From the NCBI GenBank assembly GCA_965230895.1, contig OZ246394.1:1249887-1313886 (forward strand): DNA of 64,000 nucleotides, written 5' to 3'. Position numbers and translations under genes: made by a program. The DNA comes from an uncultured Gammaproteobacteria bacterium. Lineage in GTDB: Bacteria; Patescibacteriota; Microgenomatia; Levybacterales; UBA12049. Under the pieces are notes generated by a model. The model saw only the letters and a program-made list of their open reading frames with translations. It was not told the DNA's origin and did no database searches. Shown one piece after another: positions 39,139-47,300 of the stretch (position 1 is the stretch's first letter; every line of letters begins with the position of its first letter).

Positions 39139-41454
39139 ATGAAACATAAACTTACTGCCACTCTTGACCATGTAATAACATTTCTACTTTTAATAGTAGC
39201 TGGTGTTACTCCTCTTCTTTTCTTCAATCAAACAACTGAATTCTACGAGATGCCAAAGCTTATCTTTCTAGTTGTTTCCGTACTTGTCTTGACAGGTATG
39301 TGGATTTTTTCTTGGATCTTAAAAGGGAAGGTAATGATTACAAGAACTCCACTGGATATTCCTTTATTAGTACTTTTGGTAGTTGTAGTTGCTTCAGCAT
39401 ACTTCAGCGAATCACGATTCTCAGCAATTTATGGTAATTTCCCTCGAGTTCATGGCTCAGCTGTGGCTTGGGTTACCTATATATTATTGTACTTTGTCAC
39501 GGTTTCTCACCTTCGAAACCTCACTCAAATCAAGACCTTCATGTATACATTGTATGGTAGTGGGTTAGTTGTAGCCTTAATTAGTGTACTTTCATACTTT
39601 GGATTATTCCTTCCAGTTGATTTCGCAAAAGCAGTTAACTTTACTCCAACTGGATCATCATTCTCAACTGTCGCGTTCATGCTTTTGCTCTTACCATTCC
39701 CAGTACTTTCTTTGATAAATCCAAATAAGTATCTTCCAACAGTTCCTGCAGTAGTTTTATCATCAGTATTTGGTATCACTATCGCACTTCTTGGGGGAGT
39801 AGCAACTTATATCGCAATGCTCTTGGTATTCGCACTTGCAGTCTTCGTTTCAAAACCAGCGCAACTTCAAAAGACTGTTGCAATGTTCTTGATCCCAGTT
39901 GCTTTGACAGCTTTGACTTTAGTATTCTCATACGTTCCATTGCCAGGCGGTATGAGTCAAATGCAGGCTAATTTCCCTAAAGAAATCCAACTTCCTTTCG
40001 CAACTTCATGGAAAGTATCAGCATCAGCATTCCGTGACGCACCATTCATCGGAACAGGTCCATCAACATACCTTTTTAACTTCACGTCATACAAGCCATT
40101 GGAGTTCAACCAATTTGACTTCTGGAACTTCTCATTCGACACTGCGTACAATGAATTCTTGCAAGCACTCGGGACCTTGGGTATCCTTGGACTCGTATCA
40201 CTCTTCTTGCTCTGCTTGATCGTTCTTAACTCAGCACGAAAGAACATGTCACTCGACAATGCTGAAGCAACTCAAGATGGTCATGACGGATCACACGAAA
40301 ATGCACATGTCTTACTTCCAGGGTTAGCAATCAGTGGACTTGTAAGTATCGTTCTTCTCGCAATCCATGCAACAACATTGGTCTCAATAGTTGTCACATT
40401 CTTTGTCCTTGCAGCGTTCATGGTTTCACAGAAATCAGTACGGGGTAGAGTAATGAAACTCTCAATGGGTATCAAAGCATCAACTTCAGAGAACAAGCAA
40501 TTTGATCTCTTCCCAGTACTCTTGTTCGTAGCTTTCTTAGTCGCAGCAGTACCAGCGTTGATCCAAACATTCAACACAGCAATGGCAGACTACTATCACA
40601 GACAAGCTTTGGCTCAAGCAAACCAAAACGGTACTAAGACATACGAATATTTGCAAAAGGCTGAATCAGCTAACCCATATATCGACCTCTACAGAGTTGA
40701 TATGGCACAAACTAACTTCGCTCTCGCAAATGCACTCGCAGCACAAAAAGGTCCTAAATCAGCTGACGACAAAGGTACTTTGACTGACGCAGACAAGAAG
40801 ACTATTCAAACACTTCTTTCACAGTCAATCAACGAAAGTAGAGCAAGTGTAGCTTTAAGTCCACGATCATCACGAAACTGGGAAGTACTCGCTTCAATCT
40901 ACCGAAACATCTCAGGAGTTGCACAAAACGCATTAGTATACTCACTTGATAGTTACGGCCGAGCAATCCAAAGAGATCCATTGAATCCAGCACTTCGAGT
41001 TAACGTTGGTGGAATCTACTACTCAATCAAGAACTATGATCTCGCTATCCGATTCTTCTCAGACGCAGCGAACTTGAAGCCAGACTATGCAAATGCATAC
41101 TTCAACTTAGCGATCGCTCTCCGAGATAAGGGTGACTTACAAAACGCTAAAGCAGTTGCAGAACAAGCAGTAAAGATCTTGTCTGAGAACAAAGAAACAG
41201 CTGATTATAAGACAGCATCAACTCTCTTGACTGAACTTAACAAGAAGATCGCTGACTCAGCAGATGAAACTCCAAATCAGGCTTCATCATCAGCTCAGCA
41301 ACAGCCAACAGCTCTTGAGAACCAGAACTTGGAAGACGTAAATGTAGATGGCTTGGACAATGCACCATCAGTTACACCAGCACCAACTGTCCGACCAAAT
41401 CCAGCAGCTAACTTACCACAAGGCATTAACCCAACAGCTGCTCCAAGAAGATAA
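39139..41454 (+). CDS. O-antigen-ligase-like (Wzy_C) polytopic membrane protein with C-terminal TPRs and Pro/Asn-rich tail
   Basis: About 13 TM helices; PFIGTGPSTY...AYNEFLQALGTLGILG; TPRs AIQRDPLNP, AANLKPDYANAYFNLA. Confidence 0.8.
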   Translation: MKHKLTATLDHVITFLLLIVAGVTPLLFFNQTTEFYEMPKLIFLVVSVLVLTGMWIFSWILKGKVMITRTPLDIPLLVLLVVVVASAYFSESRFSAIYGNFPRVHGSAVAWVTYILLYFVTVSHLRNLTQIKTFMYTLYGSGLVVALISVLSYFGLFLPVDFAKAVNFTPTGSSFSTVAFMLLLLPFPVLSLINPNKYLPTVPAVVLSSVFGITIALLGGVATYIAMLLVFALAVFVSKPAQLQKTVAMFLIPVALTALTLVFSYVPLPGGMSQMQANFPKEIQLPFATSWKVSASAFRDAPFIGTGPSTYLFNFTSYKPLEFNQFDFWNFSFDTAYNEFLQALGTLGILGLVSLFLLCLIVLNSARKNMSLDNAEATQDGHDGSHENAHVLLPGLAISGLVSIVLLAIHATTLVSIVVTFFVLAAFMVSQKSVRGRVMKLSMGIKASTSENKQFDLFPVLLFVAFLVAAVPALIQTFNTAMADYYHRQALAQANQNGTKTYEYLQKAESANPYIDLYRVDMAQTNFALANALAAQKGPKSADDKGTLTDADKKTIQTLLSQSINESRASVALSPRSSRNWEVLASIYRNISGVAQNALVYSLDSYGRAIQRDPLNPALRVNVGGIYYSIKNYDLAIRFFSDAANLKPDYANAYFNLAIALRDKGDLQNAKAVAEQAVKILSENKETADYKTASTLLTELNKKIADSADETPNQASSSAQQQPTALENQNLEDVNVDGLDNAPSVTPAPTVRPNPAANLPQGINPTAAPRR

Positions 41455-41480
41455 ACTTCACTACGAAGTGGAGTTTTCTT
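41453..41480 (+). terminator. Probable intrinsic terminator
   Basis: AAACTTCACT-acga-AGTGGAGTTT followed by TCTT, directly after the stop codon. Confidence 0.55.
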
Positions 41481-41505
41481 CGTTTAAATCCCAATTATAT
41501 TTCCA

Positions 41506-41559
41506 GTCTGAGCTTGTCGAAGACGTAGTGAAACAGTTACCCTTCGACTTCGCTCAGGG
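41506..41559. repeat. Inverted pair of REP-like palindromic units
   Basis: CTGAGC-tt-GTCGAAG (41508-41522) and CTTCGAC-ttc-GCTCAG (41542-41557) are reverse complements apart from the loop. Confidence 0.65.
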
Positions 41560-41569
41560 ATGATAATTC

Positions 41570-42211
41570 TTATTTGAGGTGTAGTTCGTGGTTTCCATAG
41601 ATGATGAGGACTTCGCCGTCTCGGATGGCTTTAAAAGGTATTTGCTTCGTTTCGAGATACGTAACGACTTCATTTACCGCTTCGGATTCTGGGTGATTTG
41701 ATTGGTAGTGTGGGATGAGAGAATAGGGGACGACATCAAGTCCTTCCCAGATGATTCCTGGTTCATAACCTTGTGGAATTAAATGTAGATCATCGACTAA
41801 ATCGACGCCTTTCATGGTTGGACTGAGTATGCACATGCCAGCGCTGTAGCCGCCATAGACAAGGGCATCTTCCTGCAATAACTGTTTTATAATCTCATCG
41901 GCGCTGCTTTTCTCCATAGCTTTACGGAGGACGAAAGCGTTTCCGCCCCGGACCCAAAGGAGATAATATTTCCTAAGCTCAACCTCCAATTCTGCTTTCT
42001 TCCCAAAGTATTCTTTGAGATCAACTTCTGTGACATCCAGGCCAAAATCTGTGAGTTCTTTGATGTCTTTTTTATTCCTTTCCTTGATCTCTTCTGGCGT
42101 TCGGAAGTCGACAGCATTTGCTATCAGTGCAGCCTTGGTTTTACCACCAAGAAGCTTTAACAATTCATCAGAATGATTCCCAAGTCGATACGAAGAAAGA
42201 TACAACCGCAT
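41570..42211 (-). CDS. Peptidase E (S51 family)
   Basis: WVRGGNAFVL, GYSAG nucleophile, IPHY. Confidence 0.88.
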   Translation of the reverse strand: MRLYLSSYRLGNHSDELLKLLGGKTKAALIANAVDFRTPEEIKERNKKDIKELTDFGLDVTEVDLKEYFGKKAELEVELRKYYLLWVRGGNAFVLRKAMEKSSADEIIKQLLQEDALVYGGYSAGMCILSPTMKGVDLVDDLHLIPQGYEPGIIWEGLDVVPYSLIPHYQSNHPESEAVNEVVTYLETKQIPFKAIRDGEVLIIYGNHELHLK

Positions 42212-42293
42212 GGATCAATTATAGCAGTGGCGTTTGTAGGAAAGATGTATTCGTTAATATTTTTTTTATGTCATATTGTATAATTATTTGTGC

Positions 42294-43274
42294 ATGAAAT
42301 GGTGGGCGTACATATTACTTGCTATAACAATTCCTCTTTCTGCTCTTTATCTCTATCAGCTCTATGATGACCAAACTTATGCTGGAGCGCCTCTTGCAAA
42401 GACTTCCAATTGTCCTTTTACCTATATAAATCAGCAACGATGTGAGCCAAATGTTGCTCCAAGAAAGCGTGAATATGTCGAATTGCGAAATGACCTTATT
42501 GAATATTTAGATTCAGAAAAAGAAAGCGGCCGATTAATTGATGGTGCTATTTATTTCCGTGATCTGCAGAATGGTCCTGTTATTAGTATTAATTCCCAAG
42601 ATTATTTCATCCCAGCAAGTTTGCTGAAACTTCCTTTGATGGTTACATATTTAAAGAAGGCTGAAACTGATCCAAATCTCCTTCAAAAGAACATTACGAT
42701 TACTAATGAAATGCAGTCTTTGGATCAAAATATCGTTCCTCGACAAGGTGCGCAAGTTGGCAAAACGTATACCCGTGAGCAATTACTTAATCTACTCATC
42801 TCACAATCAGATAACATTTCCTGGAAGGCTTTATTGACGGATCTCCGTGCCAATTATTCAGAAGAAGATTTCGTTGGTACCTTGAGTGATCTCGGTATCG
42901 TCGATCCTCGTAAACAAGATGACCAGCGGTACATTACAACACAAAATTATGCTTCTATTTATCGAATTCTTTACAATTCTTCCTATCTTAACGCCGAAAT
43001 GTCTAACAAGGCATTGTCAATCTTATCCAAATCTGAATTCAAAGATGGTATTGTTTCGGGAGTTCCAAGTAATGTTCAAACAGCTCACAAGTTTGGTGAA
43101 CAAAAAAATGGTAATGAGCAACAACTTCATGATTGTGGAATTGTCTATTATTCCCCAAGTCCATATATCATTTGCGTGATGACCAAAGGAACTGATATTA
43201 ACAATTTAGAAGCAGCTATTCGAACTGTCTCAAAGGATGTTTATACTGAAGTTGAGAAAAGAAATGCGGATTAA
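42294..43274 (+). CDS. Class A beta-lactamase-like serine hydrolase, membrane-anchored (start 42294)
   Basis: PASLLK (SxxK), SDN, AHKFG, LHDCGIVY. Confidence 0.85.
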   Translation: MKWWAYILLAITIPLSALYLYQLYDDQTYAGAPLAKTSNCPFTYINQQRCEPNVAPRKREYVELRNDLIEYLDSEKESGRLIDGAIYFRDLQNGPVISINSQDYFIPASLLKLPLMVTYLKKAETDPNLLQKNITITNEMQSLDQNIVPRQGAQVGKTYTREQLLNLLISQSDNISWKALLTDLRANYSEEDFVGTLSDLGIVDPRKQDDQRYITTQNYASIYRILYNSSYLNAEMSNKALSILSKSEFKDGIVSGVPSNVQTAHKFGEQKNGNEQQLHDCGIVYYSPSPYIICVMTKGTDINNLEAAIRTVSKDVYTEVEKRNAD

Positions 43275-43276
43275 TA

Positions 43277-44248
43277 ATGAGGAAATTAAATATAATTTTA
43301 GCCATAGTAATTGCTCTTATCATTGGTTTTTTTTCTGGATCGCTCTATCCAAAGCAGAATAATACTGAATGTGAGGGTGATTATACATACATTAACGCAA
43401 GAATTGGGTGTCAGCCAAAAACAGTAATTAGTAAGCATGAATATACAGGTTTAATGCAAGATCTTAATATTTACATTCGAGCCCAAACCGAAGCAAAACA
43501 TGTGAATCTTGTAGCTGTTTATTATCGAGATTTATCAGCTGGACCTACATTTGGGATTGAATCTCAGGAGAAGTTTGCACCAGCAAGCTTACTTAAGGTT
43601 CCACTCCTCTTAACATATTTAAGTTTAGCAGAGACAGATTCAAACCTATTAAAGAAGCAAATTGCTTTTAAAGGTACAACAGATCTCTTAACTCAATCAT
43701 CTTCTGGTTCATCAGTTCTTAAATCAAATAAAGCATATACAATTGATTCATTGCTGTCCAAAATGATTATAGATTCTGACAATCTTTCGTATGTTCTTCT
43801 GGTAAATTCACTGAAAGAACTTTATCCTAAACAATATCCACTGACTGATACTATGCTTGATCTTGGCTTAGTTAATCCGCGGAACCCTTCAGAAGATACT
43901 ATTACTGTCAAAGCTTATGCATCTATTTTTAGGCATCTATATAATAGTAGCTATCTTTCCCCTGAAATGTCAGAAAAAGCATTACAACTTTTATCACAGG
44001 CTGATTATTCAAAAGGCATTGTCGCTGGGGTTCCTACTGGTACCAAAGTTGCCCATAAATTTGGTGAGCGAGGTAATTTACCTAATGATGCTCAACAGCT
44101 TCATGATTGTGGAATTGTCTATTACCCTGATAATCCATATCTTATTTGTATAATGACTCGTGGAGACAATATGCAGGAATTAGAAACTGTCATCAAAACC
44201 ATTTCAGAAAAAGTCTACAAAGAAGTTGATTCCAGAAAGATTAAATAA
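43277..44248 (+). CDS. Class A beta-lactamase-like serine hydrolase, tandem paralog
   Basis: PASLLK, SDN, AHKFG, LHDCGIVY; same layout as the upstream gene. Confidence 0.85.
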   Translation: MRKLNIILAIVIALIIGFFSGSLYPKQNNTECEGDYTYINARIGCQPKTVISKHEYTGLMQDLNIYIRAQTEAKHVNLVAVYYRDLSAGPTFGIESQEKFAPASLLKVPLLLTYLSLAETDSNLLKKQIAFKGTTDLLTQSSSGSSVLKSNKAYTIDSLLSKMIIDSDNLSYVLLVNSLKELYPKQYPLTDTMLDLGLVNPRNPSEDTITVKAYASIFRHLYNSSYLSPEMSEKALQLLSQADYSKGIVAGVPTGTKVAHKFGERGNLPNDAQQLHDCGIVYYPDNPYLICIMTRGDNMQELETVIKTISEKVYKEVDSRKIK

Positions 44249-44310
44249 ATCTTCATTCTGTACTTGTGCCGACAAAGTACCAACGCTCTCAGTACTCGCT
44301 AATTGTTTTT

Positions 44311-47300
44311 TTATTCTAGTGGTGTTGCTGAGGAGAGTTCTTGTGGTTTTTCTATTCCGATTTGCATGATCATTTCTGTCTCTGAGAACGCGATTCCAAC
44401 TGGAACTTCCTTTACAGCATTTGCTGGTGCTTCATCTGTGAGTGCACCTGAAACTCCCAAGAAATATTGTTTACCAACTTCCAAGTTGTTCAATACATTT
44501 GCTTTTCCTCCGATAATGATTGTGACATCTTTACCAGCTTGCGCATCGCTAGCAGCGATACCAACTACTACTGTCTTTGCTTCATCTGTTGCATCAGCAA
44601 TCATTACTTCTTTGGTAGCTGAGATGTAAAGCGCATCTCCTTTTTTAATATCTTCACCAGCCTTTGCTGTGATAGTGATAGCTCCAGCAAGATCGATATT
44701 ACCGCCCACTTTGATGTTTTCTTTGGTCTCAACATTCTTTGCGACGATATTGCCCTTAGTGATCATTGATCCATTCTTGTCGATGATCATCGCGCCGTTG
44801 AAGATATCAAGCAAGTTCGCGAGTGGTGACTTCTGCAAGAACAAGATACCATCTGTTGGTTCTTGGCCATTTTCGATTGGTGAGCCAAAGACACTAATTT
44901 CATTTTCTGTGACAGAGAGTGTACCGCCGACATTGATTCGATCATCAACTGTGAGGACTCCTGCGACATTTGTATCTTCGAGTGTTGTCTTGCCTGTCAC
45001 CATGATATCTCCTGAAATTGTTGTGTCACCGAGATATGATTTGCCGAATGACTTGAATGTATCTTGAACAGTTGCAGTGTACGCAGTAAATTCACCACTG
45101 ATTGTTGCTGTTGCAAAGATTGCATTATCAGTAGGGGATGCAGAATTTGTCGCGATCAACAAGTCAGGTGAAGTAAGATCTTCAGCTGATGGAGTTGGCT
45201 CTGCACTTTCACTTGCTGTTGGAGTAGCAGAAGGTGAACCGACGCCACTTGTTGGAGTAGGGGTAGCTGAGACATTAAGACTTGCGATCAAGTCATCAAG
45301 TCTCTGACTCAAACTAGCGAGATCTGCTGAATTTGATGCATTGTTTATCTCTGCAAGTTGTTGTTCCAAGTTAGCGAGCTGTGCATCAGTTGAAGCAACT
45401 TTGTCTCCAAGGATTGCTGCATTGCTTGCTGCTTCTTCAGCTTTTTGTTGTGCTGCTGCAAGTGCTGCAGCCTTAGATGCTTCTTGTGATTCGAGATTTG
45501 TAAGTCGACTATCAAGTTGGTTTGTCTTTTCTTCGAGACTGATTGCACTTGCTTGAAGTGAACTTATAGCAGTTGTCTTATTTGTGAGACTGTTGTTAAC
45601 AGCCAAGAACGCATCAGCCAATGATCCATTAACAACTTGTCCATCGATCTGCATGTTGGATGGGAGGACGACATCTCCAGTTTCGATTGTCTCTTCATCA
45701 GTAAGGATAGCCAATTTGTTACTTGGATCAGCAAATGTAATATTGACGAATGTCATAACCTTACCAACACCTGTTCCAGTGAAGTCTTCAAGTGCTTTAC
45801 CGATAACTTGTCCTGGCTTCGTTGCTTTCATAGCGATACCAGCAACTGATGAAGAAGTGAGGTAATCGCCCTTTTTGATCTGTCCATTTTCTGTACTCAC
45901 CTTGACTGGGACACGTCCAGCAAGAGCAACTGGTACAGCCTTGCCACCACTGATCATTTGTTCATTTTGTGATAATCTAAAGCCTGGTTTCTCGCTGTAA
46001 ACACCGATTATTGTAGTATCATATGTACCCTCTGATTTCTTAACGTTTTCATCAACATTTTGGTCGATAGAAAGGACGTCACCGGCTTGCAGTGAATCGT
46101 CTTGCGTACCATAATCTTCAGCCAAATCATAGTTGCCGCCGTTGGTTGTAAGTGTTCCAGACAATGTCGCGTTGCCAGTACTGTCGATAGAGAAGAGTTC
46201 TTGGTTTGCTGCATTCTTCCACATGAACTTGTTGGTGTCAATTCCTGTGTAGTCGGATGCCAACTTACTGATAACATCTCCATTGATTCCTTGGATTGAT
46301 CCTGAGAGCAAGTCGAGGAGAGGAGTCTTAACTGATCCTGAAGCTGTAACATCTCCGAATGCTGCTGAACTTGCAGTAAGATCTCCAAGAATATCGAAGT
46401 TACCATTATGAGTCCAAGCGCCGAGGCCAGAGTATTCCGGTACAGCATTTGGATCAGCATAAGCATTAACAACATATACCATGACAGTGGTTTTTCCACT
46501 ATTTGGATCCCAATCTTCCAGAGCTTTACCGACAATAAATCCTTTTTGTGTTGCCTTCATACCTTTACCTGATTCAGCAGATGTCGTAACGAAATCACCG
46601 GTTTGAATTGCAGGAGATGATGCAGAAATCTTTACAGGGACACGGCCATTCAAAGCAATTGGCATCGGTCGATCTGCTTCTTCAATATTATGTCCAATAC
46701 TATTAAAGTCACCTGCATTATCTGGATTTGAAACGATACCAATAGTACTGGATTGATATTCAGAGGTTGTTTTAACAAGTTTTGATACTCTTTCACCATC
46801 TTTAGTTGTGATGTATGTAGATCCTGGAGCTACGATATCACCTGTTTCGATATCATCATCAACTGAATACATTTCCATATAGTCGGCTGCAGGTGTTGAT
46901 GTACAATCTCGGATAAGGACATTGGTCGTTATACCATTTCCATTTTCTCCACAAAGTGCTTCGTCTGAACTGCCGCTTGCAAGGTCAATCATCAATGTGC
47001 CGTTAATATTAACAACACCGTTGGTATTGTTATCAATAGTTTCACCATTCTGGAGTTGGATATCGTTGGTGATATTTGTATTAGAGAACGTCAAACCTGT
47101 GCCTGTACTTGCACCAATTGTAACGTTACCAGCATTTGCTACGGTAAATACTGATGTACCTGAGTCTTTAAGTTCCATGAGTGGTCCAGTTCCAGCGTTG
47201 TTGACAACAAGTGCTGTTCCTGATGTCGTACCATTTACATTGACGATAGGTTGGGTAGTCGAACTACTCGCAACATCAAGTGCTGCTCCTGGAGTGTATG

